Below, one piece after another: positions 21,651-31,777 of a stretch of DNA of 64,000 bases. The notes below the pieces were generated by a model. The model saw nothing but the letters and a program-made list of their open reading frames with translations. It had not been told where the DNA came from and did no database searches. The DNA lies in contig CAZTOZ010000018.1 of NCBI GenBank assembly GCA_964614535.1, forward strand, positions 15,393-79,392, written 5' to 3'. Made by a program: the position numbers and the translations under genes. Origin of the DNA: an uncultured Thiotrichales bacterium (GTDB lineage Bacteria > Pseudomonadota > Gammaproteobacteria > UWMA-0217). Within the stretch, counting starts at the first letter, position 1. The number at the start of each line of letters is the position of its first letter.

Positions 21651-22266
21651 CCCACGGTTGCGTGGTCTCTATGCGCTCACCCGGGGCGGCTACGCCGACA
21701 TCGACGAACTGCTGGGCGAGGTGGAGGCCGCGCTGCGGGGCGGTTGCCGCATCGTGCAGTATCGCGACAAGAGCGACGAGACGGAACGCCGGGCGGCCGA
21801 GGCCGATGCCCTGCGCCGGCTCTGCCACCGCCACGAGGCGCTGCTGATCATCAACGACGATGTCGAGCTGGCCGCCACCAGCGGCGCCGACGGCGTCCAC
21901 CTGGGCCGCGACGATGCCGATATCGTCACCGCGCTCGAAACCCTTGGCGCCGACGCCATCGTCGGCGTCTCCTGCTACGACCAGCTCGACGCGGCCCGCC
22001 ACGCCGCGGCCAGTGGCGCCAGCTATGTCGCCTTCGGCGCCTTTTTCCCCTCTCCCACCAAGCCGGGCGCCGTCAAGGCACCCGTTGCGCTGCTGCGGCA
22101 GTGGGACCACCCGCATCGTCCGGCCTGCGCCATCGGCGGGATCACGCTGGACAACGCCGCCACGCTGATCGAGGCGGGCGCGGCGATGACCGCCGTCATT
22201 TCCGATCTGTGGTCGGCACCCGACATCGAGGCGAGAGCACGCGCCTTCTCCCGGCTGTGGCCTTGA
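21643..22266 (+). CDS. thiE: Thiamine-phosphate synthase ThiE
   Basis: The sequence LYALTRGG...ADGVHLGRDD...VGVSCY matches the ThiE TIM barrel. Start overlaps the thiD end. Confidence 0.85.
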   Translation: MADPRLRGLYALTRGGYADIDELLGEVEAALRGGCRIVQYRDKSDETERRAAEADALRRLCHRHEALLIINDDVELAATSGADGVHLGRDDADIVTALETLGADAIVGVSCYDQLDAARHAAASGASYVAFGAFFPSPTKPGAVKAPVALLRQWDHPHRPACAIGGITLDNAATLIEAGAAMTAVISDLWSAPDIEARARAFSRLWP

Positions 22267-22515
22267 GCCTGGCATCGACCGCCCGAATCGGGCCGGCACG
22301 GCTCAGCGCAACCAGATCAGCAGTGGCAGTGTGACGATGGAGAGGCCGGAGAGCACGCCCAGCCAGATATAGAACACCCGATCGATTTGCATCTTGTTAT
22401 TGTTGTTGTCGTTGCACACGGGCGCGCCATGATGCACGACGGCGACGGCCACCGGGACGCCATGGGTAACAGATTGACCGCGACCCGGACGGCCAGTGGT
22501 CCCGACGCCTTTTTT

Positions 22516-23268
22516 TCAGCGATGAGCGGCGCTGCGCTGACGCAGCGCCTCGTAGAGACAGACGCCAGCGGCCACCGAGATATTGAGGCTCTCGACCTGG
22601 CCGCGCATCGGAATCCGCACCAGATAATCACAATGCTGTTGCGTCAGCCGGCGCAAGCCCTTCCCTTCGGCCCCCATGACCAGTGCCAGCGAGCCGGTGA
22701 GATCCTGCTGGAACAGCGGGATATCCCCCTTGTCGGTGGTACCGACGATCCAGACACCGGCCGCCTTGAGCCTCTCCAGCGTGCGCGCCAGGTTGGTCAC
22801 CTGTACCAGCAGCACCGAGTCGGCGGCGCCACTGGCCACCTTGCGCACCGTCGGCGTCAACCCGACCGCGTTGTCCCGGGGGACAATAACCGCATCGACG
22901 CCGACCGCATCGGCACTGCGCAGGCAGGCGCCGAGATTGTGCGGATCGGTGACGCCATCGAGCACCAGCAGCAGCGGTGGCGTCTCCAGCGCCTCGAGAC
23001 GATCGAACAGTGCCTGCTCACCCGGCAGCGCCACCGCGCGGCTGCGGGCCACGATTCCCTGGTGCCGCCCGCCGTCGGCGAGCCGCGTCAGTTCCCGGTC
23101 GTCGCTCTGAACGACCTCGATGCCCAGCTGGCGCGCCCGCGCGACCACCGCCTCCAGCCGCCTGTCCTTGCGTGACGCCTTGTAGTGGAGATCGACGATA
23201 CGCCCGGGGTCGTTGCGCAGCGCCGCCGCCACCGCGTGCAGGCCGATGATGGTGTCGAACCGCGCCAC
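22516..23268 (-). CDS. rlmB: 23S rRNA (guanosine2251-2'-O)-methyltransferase RlmB
   Basis: A SpoU/TrmH methyltransferase with an N-terminal L30e-like domain. Located immediately downstream of rnr, as in E. coli. Confidence 0.85.
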   Translation of the reverse strand: MARFDTIIGLHAVAAALRNDPGRIVDLHYKASRKDRRLEAVVARARQLGIEVVQSDDRELTRLADGGRHQGIVARSRAVALPGEQALFDRLEALETPPLLLVLDGVTDPHNLGACLRSADAVGVDAVIVPRDNAVGLTPTVRKVASGAADSVLLVQVTNLARTLERLKAAGVWIVGTTDKGDIPLFQQDLTGSLALVMGAEGKGLRRLTQQHCDYLVRIPMRGQVESLNISVAAGVCLYEALRQRSAAHR

Positions 23269-23271
23269 CGG

Positions 23272-25638
23272 TCAGCTGCTCTTCTTCGCGCCACGCCCCT
23301 TGCCGCCGCGCTTTTTGCGCGACCGCGACTTTTTCTTGCCACTGCCGCCCTTGCCACCGCCGCTACGCTTTCCCTCCTCGACGACGTCACCGGGCGCATC
23401 CCCCCCGGACTTCGGCTTCTTCTTTTTCGGGCCGCGTTTTTTCTTGCGTGGCGGCTCGGGCTCCCGCGCCTCTTCCGGAGGCAATTCGAAATCGATTTTC
23501 TTTTCGTCGAGATCGACCCGCGCCACGATCACCTCCATGCGGTCACCGAGACGGAAGACCCGCCCGGCGTTCTTGCCGACCAGGCGGTGGCCGACGGCAT
23601 CGAATTCGTAGAAGTCCCGCGTCAACGAGGTGATATGCAGCAGACCCTCGATGAAGATGTCGTCCAGCGCGATGAACAGGCCGAAACCGGTGACGGCACT
23701 GACGGTGCCGGTGAAACGCTCGCCCACCTTGTCGAGCATGTATTCACATTTGAGCCAGTCGGCGGCATCGCGGGTGGCCTCGTCGGCGCGGCGTTCGCAC
23801 ATCGAGCAATGCTCCCCCTTGACGACCATCTCCTCGTGGTTGTAGAGGAACCCCGACGCCTTGCCGCCACGCACCAGATGCCGGATCGCGCGATGCAGCA
23901 GCAGATCGGGGTAGCGCCGGATCGGCGAGGTGAAATGGGCATAGTCGGCACGCGCCAGGCCGAAATGGCCGGTCTCGCCATCGGGTGAATAGATCGCCTG
24001 GGACATCGAGCGCAGCATCACGGTCTGGATCAGCTCCCGGTCCGGCCGACCTTCGATCGCCTTGAGCACCTTGCTGAAGTCCTTGGGCGTCGGCTTGTCG
24101 CCACCACCGAGGGTGAGGCCGAACTCCGAGAGAAACTCGCGCAACGCCTCGATCTTCTCCTCCTTCGGCCCGTCATGGACGCGATAGAGCGTCGGGATCC
24201 TGTGCTTCTTGGTGAATCGCGCGGCGGAGACATTGGCCGCGATCATGCACTCCTCGATCATCTTGTGGGCGTCGTTGCGCTCCAGCGGCACGATGTTCCT
24301 GATCTTGCGCTGCGCATCGAATTCGAAATAGGTCTCCGAGGTCTCGAAGTTGATGGCGCCACGACGGTTGCGGTCGGCCAGCAACGCCTTGTAGAGGCGA
24401 TGCAGCTCATCGAGATGGGGCACGATGGCCTTGCGCTTCTTGCGCAGCACGGCATCCTTGTCAACGACGATCGCCGCCACCTCGTCGTAGGTGAGCCGCG
24501 CATGGGAGCGCATCACGCCCTCGAAGAAACGGTACTTGCGAATCGCGCCCCGCGGGCCGATCTCCATTTCGCAGACCATGCACAGGCGATCCACATCGGG
24601 GTTGATCGAACACAGCCCGTTGGAGAGCACCTCCGGCAGCATCGGGATCACCTGTTTGGGGAAATAGACCGACGTGCCCCGTTCGTAGGCGCTGGCATCC
24701 AGCGCCGTGCCGGGTTCCACATAGGCCGACACATCGGCGATCGCCACCAGCAACCGCCAGCCGTTGCCGCTCTTTTCGCAATAGACGGCATCGTCGAAAT
24801 CCCGCGCATCGACGCCGTCGATCGTCACCAGCGGCACATCACGCAGATCGACTCGCCCCTTCTTGGCCGCCTCCGGCACCTCCTCGGTGAAGGTCTCGAT
24901 CTCCCGCAGCACCTCGTCCGACCAACGGTGCGGCAACTCGTGGGTGCGAATGGCAATGTCGATCTCCATTCCCGGCGCCATGTGACTGCCCACCACCTCG
25001 ACGATCTTGCCGATCGGCTGGCTGTGGCGGTTGGGCTGCTGGGTGATGGCCGCCACCACGATCTGCCCCACCTCGGCCGCGCCGAGATGCTCGGGGGGGA
25101 TGAACACATCCTGGTGGATGCGCTTGTTGTCGGGCACCACATAGTGGTTGCCGGCCTCCTCGATGAGGCGGCCGATGATCTCGTGGTGAGCGCGCTCCAG
25201 CACCTCCACCAGCTCCCCCTCACGCCGCCCGCGCCGATCGATGCCGACGATCCGGCACACCGCCCGGTCCTCGTGCAACAGGCTGTGCATCACCTTGGGC
25301 GAGAGGAACAGATCCTCGCCACCCTCGTCGGGGACGAGAAAGCCGAAACCGTCGGGATGGGCGACCACCCGCCCCCGCACCAGCGTGCTCTCGTCGACCG
25401 GCACGTACTCGCCACGGCGATTGCAGACGAGCTGGCCGTCCCGGGCCATCGCGCGCAGCCGGCGGCGCAGCGCCTCCAATCCCTCCTCGTCGGTGATGCC
25501 GAGCTTCCTGGCCAGCTGGTCACGGGTCTGCGGCCCACGGGACTTCTTCACGGTCTCCAGAATCAGCTCGCGGCTGGCAATGGGGTTTTGGTATTTCTTC
25601 TTTTCACGGTCCCTGTGCGGGTCTACCGGTTTGGACAT
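23272..25638 (-). CDS. rnr: Ribonuclease R
   Basis: An RNB catalytic domain and S1 domain are present, plus a strongly basic Lys/Arg-rich C-terminal tail. The start is taken at MSKPVD..., since the track ORF extends further upstream. Confidence 0.9.
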   Translation of the reverse strand: MSKPVDPHRDREKKKYQNPIASRELILETVKKSRGPQTRDQLARKLGITDEEGLEALRRRLRAMARDGQLVCNRRGEYVPVDESTLVRGRVVAHPDGFGFLVPDEGGEDLFLSPKVMHSLLHEDRAVCRIVGIDRRGRREGELVEVLERAHHEIIGRLIEEAGNHYVVPDNKRIHQDVFIPPEHLGAAEVGQIVVAAITQQPNRHSQPIGKIVEVVGSHMAPGMEIDIAIRTHELPHRWSDEVLREIETFTEEVPEAAKKGRVDLRDVPLVTIDGVDARDFDDAVYCEKSGNGWRLLVAIADVSAYVEPGTALDASAYERGTSVYFPKQVIPMLPEVLSNGLCSINPDVDRLCMVCEMEIGPRGAIRKYRFFEGVMRSHARLTYDEVAAIVVDKDAVLRKKRKAIVPHLDELHRLYKALLADRNRRGAINFETSETYFEFDAQRKIRNIVPLERNDAHKMIEECMIAANVSAARFTKKHRIPTLYRVHDGPKEEKIEALREFLSEFGLTLGGGDKPTPKDFSKVLKAIEGRPDRELIQTVMLRSMSQAIYSPDGETGHFGLARADYAHFTSPIRRYPDLLLHRAIRHLVRGGKASGFLYNHEEMVVKGEHCSMCERRADEATRDAADWLKCEYMLDKVGERFTGTVSAVTGFGLFIALDDIFIEGLLHITSLTRDFYEFDAVGHRLVGKNAGRVFRLGDRMEVIVARVDLDEKKIDFELPPEEAREPEPPRKKKRGPKKKKPKSGGDAPGDVVEEGKRSGGGKGGSGKKKSRSRKKRGGKGRGAKKSS

Positions 25639-25928
25639 ACTCACTATTCCTTCGATCTCATTGGGTACCGCCTGCCGCTCCGGCGACCGGAAAACGGCGG
25701 CCAGGCCCGGACAGGCCATGCAACACGGGTTTCACCAATCACAACGGCGGCCGCGGACCCGGCCGGAAGAATGGGGAGAATATCAAGAAAAGTCAGACAC
25801 TTACAGATACCATCACCTTCTCGGCGGTCGCCACGGAGGCGGCTGTTTTCAACACCGGCGAAACGATTGACAGGATTGTACAGGAAAGGTATCTTTGCGC
25901 CCTGCTTTTCGCAGGTTCCAACACGGAT

Positions 25929-26015
25929 GCCCAGGTGGCGGAATTGGTAGACGCGCTAGCTTCAGGTGCTAGTGGCCTTACGGTCGTGGAGGTTCAAGTC
26001 CTCTCCTGGGCACCA
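25929..26015 (+). tRNA. tRNA-Leu (anticodon CAG)
   Basis: The sequence GCCCAGGTGGCGGAATTGGTAGACGCG...GGTTCAAGTCCTCTCCTGGGCACCA forms a cloverleaf with a long variable arm. The anticodon loop is CTTCAGGTG, and an encoded CCA is present. Confidence 0.8.
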
Positions 26016-26045
26016 TCTTCCCCTCATTCCTCGTTCACCGCCGCC

Positions 26046-29000
26046 TCAGTCCCGCCGCGATCCGCCCGCGCCGTCCGGTAACCGACGACATCCCGGCCCC
26101 CGAATCGTGCTGCGCCCGCCCGCCACCGGCACCACTTCGATCCGGGAGGGAATCCGCTCCTTCAACGCCCCGACGTGAGAGATGACACCGATCAGCTTGC
26201 CCTCCTGATGGAGCCCGGCGAGTGTCGACAGCGCGGTCTCCAGCGCCTCCTCGTCCAGCGTGCCGAAGCCCTCGTCGAGAAAGAGTGAATCGACACGCAC
26301 GTTGCGACTCGCCATCCGCGACAGTCCGAGCGCCAACGCCAGGCTGACGATGAAGCTCTCGCCGCCGGAGAGGTTGCGCGTGGAGCGGATTTCACCCGCC
26401 TGGTAGTTGTCGACGACGTTGAGCTCCAGCGGTTGCCCGTCGTCCCGGATCAGCAGGTAGCGGTCGGTCATCTTCCGCAACTGGCGGTTGGCATGGCCGA
26501 TCATGATTTCGAAGGTGAGGCCCTGGGCAAAGTTGCGGTATTTCTTGCCGTCGGCCGAACCGATCAGCCCGTGCAACAGATCCCAGCGCTCACACTCGCG
26601 GCGCTGGGCCTCGATCTCGCGCAAGCGCGCCTGGCGCTGCGCCCGCAGCACCGCCTGCTGCCGCAGCTCCGCCTCGACCGCCCCGATCCTCTGCTGAACC
26701 GCCTCCAGCTCGCGGCGGGTTGCGGCCAGTCGTTTCTCCAGCGTCTCCCGGTCGTCGTCGGTCAACGCCTCGGCACGCTTGGCCGCCAGTTGCGCCACCA
26801 GCGTCTCCCGCGTCGCCCGCAGCGCCGTCTTCTCGCGCTCCAGCGCCTGCACCCGCACCGCCAACGCATCGCGTTCGGCCGCCGGCAACCGCGCCGCGAC
26901 GAACTCAGCCTCAGACCCGAAACCGGCGGCGTCGATGGCATCGGCCAATGCCGCCGTCTCGCCCTCCAGCCGGCGGCGACGTTCGGCGATACGCTGGTCC
27001 AGCACTTCGAGCCGACGCTGAAGCTGCAACCGCTCCTGCTCGACCTCGGCCCGGGCCTGGCGCGCCTGCGCCAACGCCTCGGCAGCCGCCGCCAGCCGCT
27101 GGTTCAGGCGCTGTTCCTCCGCCAGTGGATCGTCACCATCGAAACAGCCGCTACGCTCTGCCCGTAGCGCGGCGACCCCCTGCTGCCGTTGCCGCAGCAC
27201 CTCATCGGCGTCACGCAGGGCCGCCTCGGCCTGCTCACATTGCTTGCGCTGCTGCGCCAATGCCGCCTGCAGGCGGGTGTCTTCGTTCTCCAGCCGCTGG
27301 CGCTCTTCACAGCGCCGGCGCCACCGTTCGTGGCGGGCCGTCAATCCGTCGAGATGCTCATCGAGCCTCTCCCATCGAAGATCGACGCCGTGCTCACCCA
27401 GCGCCTGGACGAGCGCCGTCCGGGCCTGGTCCCGGGCCTCCTCCAACCTGGACAGCGCGCCCTGCCGCTGCGCCTGGCGCTCGGCCGCCAGCCGCTGTTC
27501 GTGGCCAATCTCCTGCAACTGCCGTTCGGCCTCGCGCTCGGCCCGACGCGCCGCATCCACCACCTCGCGCTGTCGCGCCAGTCGCTCGGCCAGTGCTTCG
27601 GCCCGCGTCACCGTCTCGCGGGCCCGGGCCAATTGCGATTGCAGCGTCTCACCGACCCGACACACGGTATCGGCCGTCGGCGTCCCGTCCGCCAACCCCA
27701 GTTCACCGGCCGCCCTATCGATCTCGCGTCGCCGCAAGCCAAGCTGTTCCCGCAGCGCCACCTGCTGCTGTTCCAGGTGGCTCGATTCGTTTTCCACCAC
27801 CCCGCGCCGAATCTCCAGCGCCCCGATCCGGCCGCCGATGGCGTCACGCCGTTCCCGCGCCTGTTGCAGTTCACGCTCGGGCTCGTCGGGCAGCGCCTCC
27901 CCTTCCCCGGCCCAGGGGTGCTCCAGGGCACCACAGAGGGGGCAGGGCTCGCCGTCGGTGAGTTCATGGCGCAGCGATGCCAGCTCCCGCACCCGCTGCG
28001 CCAGCACCAGGTTCTTCTCCAACAGTGCCACCTCACGGTTGGCCGCCGCTTCCTCCGCCCGCAGCCGGGCGAGGTCGTCATCCAGCGCCGCGAGCGAAGC
28101 GGCCAGTTCGCGCCGTTGCCGCCGCACCGCCTCCAGCCGCTCTTGGTCCTCATCCCGGCCCCCGATCTCTCGCGCCAGCCGCTCCGCCATCCCGGCCTGC
28201 TCAGCCAACGCCTGCACCCGCCGGTGCCAATCACCGATACGCTGACCGTCGAGCAGTCGATCGTGTTCGGCCTCGACACGCTCTGCTTCGGACTCCGCCT
28301 CCACCCGGTGCCGCGCCGCTTGCGACGCCCGGCGTGTCACCACCTCGATATCCGCCGTCAAGCCGGCCAGCGCGGTTCGTGCCGCCGCAAGCTGGTCGGC
28401 ATGCGTCTCGATTTCGGCCTGCTGCTGCCGCAACGCGGCGGCTCGACTGCGCCAGTCGGCCAGCATTGCGCCCAGCGCCTCGTCGGCGGCGGTCTGCGCC
28501 AGCGCCTCTTGCACCTCGTCCAATGCCTGCCGGATCGTCGCCAGCGTCTCTTCCGTCTGCCGCCGAGCCTCGCTCGCCGCCGCCGCCTGTCTTCGGCGCT
28601 CGTCACGGGCCGATCCGGCATCGGCCAACGCCGCCACGGCGGTTTCGATACGAGCATCCAGCGCCTGCGCCTCGCGCAATCGCGGCAACCGGCTGCTCAG
28701 TTCCTCGCTGCACTCGGCCCATCGCGCCTCGGCCTCACGTTCGGTTTCGGCGGCCGCCTCGCCACGAACCGCCCACTGCGGCAGTGAAACGGCCAGCTCG
28801 TGCCGCTGCCGCTCATCCCGCTGCTGCTCGGCTCGCAACGCCTGCAACGCGGCGTAGTCGCCCTCCAGCTCCAGCGCCCGACGCGCCGCATCGAGGCGGG
28901 CGCGGTCACCGGCCGCCTCGTCCCACTGTCGTTGCCATACCGCCAGCCGGCGCTCCGTGGCCTGCAGATCCCCGGCCAGCCGTTCGATCGCGTCGAGCCA

Positions 29001-29741
29001 GTCGAGCGCCTTGCGCGCCTCGGCCAGCCCCGCCTCCAGTGGTGCCGCCCGCGCCGTCGCCTGCGCCAGTTCCTGCTCCAGCGCGGCCAGGGCGTCGGGG
29101 GCCAGCAGGCGGATCTGGCCCAGCGTCTCCTCGAGCCCGGCGAGACGCGCCCGCTCCGCCGCGCGACGCTCGTGCACCGCCATCGAGATTCTGCTGTAGA
29201 CGGCGGTACCGGTGATCTGCTCCAGGATCGGCGCGCGCTCGTCGGGCGCGGCCTGCAGGAAAGCGGCAAAGCCGCCCTGCGCCAGCAGCATCGAACGGGT
29301 GAAACGGTCGAAATCCATCCCGGTGACCTGCTCGACCCGTGCCGCCACGTCACGAATCCTGGTCTCCAGCACCTTGCCCGTGTCGGCGTCGGCGATCTCG
29401 CGGCCGGGCGGCTGCAGGCGCCCGTCGGGGCGGCGCCCCGCCCTGTGCTGGCGCCAGTGGCAACGGTAGCGGCCGGCGGCGCTCTCGAACGTCACTTCGG
29501 CGAAGCATTCGCCGGTCTGCCGGCTCATCAGCTCATTGCTGCTGTCGGAGATCCGCGCCAGCCGCGGGGTGCGGCCATAGAGCGCGAGGCAGATGGCGTC
29601 GAGGATCGTCGTCTTGCCGGCGCCGGTCGGGCCGGTGATGGCGAAGATGCCGTCGTCGAGATAGGCCGGATCGGTGAAGTCGATCGACCACTCACCGACG
29701 AGCGAGTTGAGGTTCTGGAAACGAAGCCCGAGGATACGCAC
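26046..29741 (-). CDS. sbcC: Exonuclease SbcC (SMC-like ATPase)
   Basis: 1231 aa. An N-terminal Walker A (GPTGAGKTT) is followed by a very long Ala/Glu/Arg/Leu-rich coiled coil with a central CPLC zinc hook. The C-terminal signature/Walker B region is LSGGESFIVSLALALGLS...LFLDEGFGTLD. Confidence 0.9.
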   Translation of the reverse strand: MRILGLRFQNLNSLVGEWSIDFTDPAYLDDGIFAITGPTGAGKTTILDAICLALYGRTPRLARISDSSNELMSRQTGECFAEVTFESAAGRYRCHWRQHRAGRRPDGRLQPPGREIADADTGKVLETRIRDVAARVEQVTGMDFDRFTRSMLLAQGGFAAFLQAAPDERAPILEQITGTAVYSRISMAVHERRAAERARLAGLEETLGQIRLLAPDALAALEQELAQATARAAPLEAGLAEARKALDWLDAIERLAGDLQATERRLAVWQRQWDEAAGDRARLDAARRALELEGDYAALQALRAEQQRDERQRHELAVSLPQWAVRGEAAAETEREAEARWAECSEELSSRLPRLREAQALDARIETAVAALADAGSARDERRRQAAAASEARRQTEETLATIRQALDEVQEALAQTAADEALGAMLADWRSRAAALRQQQAEIETHADQLAAARTALAGLTADIEVVTRRASQAARHRVEAESEAERVEAEHDRLLDGQRIGDWHRRVQALAEQAGMAERLAREIGGRDEDQERLEAVRRQRRELAASLAALDDDLARLRAEEAAANREVALLEKNLVLAQRVRELASLRHELTDGEPCPLCGALEHPWAGEGEALPDEPERELQQARERRDAIGGRIGALEIRRGVVENESSHLEQQQVALREQLGLRRREIDRAAGELGLADGTPTADTVCRVGETLQSQLARARETVTRAEALAERLARQREVVDAARRAEREAERQLQEIGHEQRLAAERQAQRQGALSRLEEARDQARTALVQALGEHGVDLRWERLDEHLDGLTARHERWRRRCEERQRLENEDTRLQAALAQQRKQCEQAEAALRDADEVLRQRQQGVAALRAERSGCFDGDDPLAEEQRLNQRLAAAAEALAQARQARAEVEQERLQLQRRLEVLDQRIAERRRRLEGETAALADAIDAAGFGSEAEFVAARLPAAERDALAVRVQALEREKTALRATRETLVAQLAAKRAEALTDDDRETLEKRLAATRRELEAVQQRIGAVEAELRQQAVLRAQRQARLREIEAQRRECERWDLLHGLIGSADGKKYRNFAQGLTFEIMIGHANRQLRKMTDRYLLIRDDGQPLELNVVDNYQAGEIRSTRNLSGGESFIVSLALALGLSRMASRNVRVDSLFLDEGFGTLDEEALETALSTLAGLHQEGKLIGVISHVGALKERIPSRIEVVPVAGGRSTIRGPGCRRLPDGAGGSRRD

Positions 29742-29745
29742 GGCG

Positions 29746-30969
29746 CTACGGCTGCTCCCCCTCCAGCAGCGCCGTCACCACCTCGCGGTAGGCGCCTTCG
29801 AGCAACGCCCGTTGTGGCGCCGGCACCTCGTGGGCGTCGAGACAGCGCCGGAAGACGTCGTGGGGGTCGAGGTCGTCCAGCGTCTCCTCCTCACGAAGAC
29901 GGCCGAGGACGCGCTGGACGACACGATTGTTGCGGATACGCAGAATCTCCACGGCGCTGTCGGCCACGGCCTCCGCCAACCTCTCGCGCAGATCGGACAA
30001 CAGCTCGGCGCCATCGTAGGTGACCTCCACCCAGACGCGTTCCCCCGTCGCCACCAGGGTCTCGATGGCAGCAGCCAGGGCTGGCCAGTCGCCCTCGATG
30101 CTGGCCAGACGCCGGAATACCGGCACCTCGAGCTCGCGCACCACCGGCTCTCCGGTGCCAAATTCGATCAGGCAGACGGCCTTACGCTGTCCGGCCTCGC
30201 CGAAGCCCATCGGCAGCGGCGAACCGCTATAGCGTTTCGTCTCGTCGCCACCGACCCGCTGAGGCTTGTGGAGATGACCCAGCGCCAGGTAGTCGAAACT
30301 GGCAGGAAAGACCGCGCCACTGACGTGAGCGAGTGAGCCGACATAGAGCTCGCGCACGCCATCGCCTTCGACCGTCTCCCCACCGGCGGCGAACAGATGC
30401 CCCATGCCGACGATCGGCAGCGGCCGATCCGCCTCCCGGCGGCGCCGCAACGCCACATCGGCCACGGCCTTATAGTGGCGCACGATGCCGTCCACCAGTT
30501 TCTGTGCCTTGTCGGTGACACTCTCCCCCGCTTCGACGGTGCGAATGTCACGATCACGCAGATAGGGCACGGCGCAGACGATCAGCGCCGGTGCTCCGCT
30601 GCAATCCCGCAGCAGCAGCACTTCATCGGCCGGATCGTCGCAGGCCTTGCCGACGACATGGACCGACAGGGCCGCCAGCAGCTCGCGCGGTGCTTCGAGG
30701 AAGCTGGGGGAATCGTGATTGCCGCCGATGACGACGACGTGCCGGCAACAACCGCCCGACACCCGGTGCAGAAAGCGGTAGTACTGCGACTGGGCGTGAT
30801 TGGGTGGCGCGCTGGAGTCGAAGACATCGCCGGCCACCAGCAACACATCGACCTGCTCACGCTCGATCGTCTCCGCCAGCCAGTCGAGAAAGGCATCGAA
30901 TTCGTCGTGGCGGCTGCGGCCGTAGAGGCGGCGGCCGAGATGCCAGTCGGCGCTGTGGAGAATCCTCAT
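29746..30969 (-). CDS. sbcD: Exonuclease SbcD (Mre11-family nuclease)
   Basis: Calcineurin-like phosphoesterase motifs are present (MRILHSADWHLG, VLLVAGDVFD, GNHD). The gene lies 4 nt upstream of sbcC. Confidence 0.9.
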   Translation of the reverse strand: MRILHSADWHLGRRLYGRSRHDEFDAFLDWLAETIEREQVDVLLVAGDVFDSSAPPNHAQSQYYRFLHRVSGGCCRHVVVIGGNHDSPSFLEAPRELLAALSVHVVGKACDDPADEVLLLRDCSGAPALIVCAVPYLRDRDIRTVEAGESVTDKAQKLVDGIVRHYKAVADVALRRRREADRPLPIVGMGHLFAAGGETVEGDGVRELYVGSLAHVSGAVFPASFDYLALGHLHKPQRVGGDETKRYSGSPLPMGFGEAGQRKAVCLIEFGTGEPVVRELEVPVFRRLASIEGDWPALAAAIETLVATGERVWVEVTYDGAELLSDLRERLAEAVADSAVEILRIRNNRVVQRVLGRLREEETLDDLDPHDVFRRCLDAHEVPAPQRALLEGAYREVVTALLEGEQP

Positions 30970-30988
30970 CGCCCCGGACCGGCGGGCG

Positions 30989-31777
30989 TCAATGTTGCGC
31001 CGCCGGCGCGCCGTTGGAGAAGACGTACCAGCGATACCAGTGGTAACCGAGCCATTCGTGAAGGGCGGTATAACTTTGTTCGAGAGCACGGGCATTGGGC
31101 AGCCAGCGCCAGTGGACCCCATCGCGCGCCAGCTGGGAGAGCCACGCCGTCGGCGCGGGCAGCGGCCGGACACCGAAGTACATGAAGCTCTCCACTGCCC
31201 GCGCCATGTGGTAATAGTGGGTGACCAGCACCGGTCGATGGTAGTTCTTCAGCAGCGGCGCCGTGAACTTGGCGTTCTCGAAGGTGCTGCCGGCGCGACC
31301 CTCGACGATGACATGCTTGACGCCGAGCGCGGTTTTCAGGAACTGCGCCCCGGCATGGCCGCCGCTGCGTCTTTCCTTCCGGCTCCGCCCCTCGGTGACG
31401 ATGACCGGCAGATCACCGTTTCGCCGCGAGAGCCAGGCGGCATAGACCAGGCGCTGCACCATCGCCGGGGCCGGCTCGCTGTCGATACCATACTCGCCGC
31501 CACCACGAAGATGACCACCACCGAGCACGACGATGACGTCGGCATCCGGCGGCAACGCCTCCAACGCCGGAAAGTCGTCCTGAAAACGGTCGAGCAGCCA
31601 TTGACTGACGACCGGCGTGCTCAACAGCCAGGTGGCCGCCAGCGCCAGTGTGAACAGCCGAGAGAAGACGCGGGGGCGGATCGTCACCAGCAGTCTGATC
31701 AGCAGCCCGACCCAGATGATCAGCCCCGGCGGCAGCAACAGCAGCTCGACGACGCGCATCACTTCATTGCCGTTCAT
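30989..31777 (-). CDS. DUF218/YdcF-ElyC-SanA family membrane-anchored protein
   Basis: An N-terminal TM segment is followed by the motif VIVVLGGG...PVIVTEG, typical of DUF218. Confidence 0.65.
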   Translation of the reverse strand: MNGNEVMRVVELLLLPPGLIIWVGLLIRLLVTIRPRVFSRLFTLALAATWLLSTPVVSQWLLDRFQDDFPALEALPPDADVIVVLGGGHLRGGGEYGIDSEPAPAMVQRLVYAAWLSRRNGDLPVIVTEGRSRKERRSGGHAGAQFLKTALGVKHVIVEGRAGSTFENAKFTAPLLKNYHRPVLVTHYYHMARAVESFMYFGVRPLPAPTAWLSQLARDGVHWRWLPNARALEQSYTALHEWLGYHWYRWYVFSNGAPAAQH

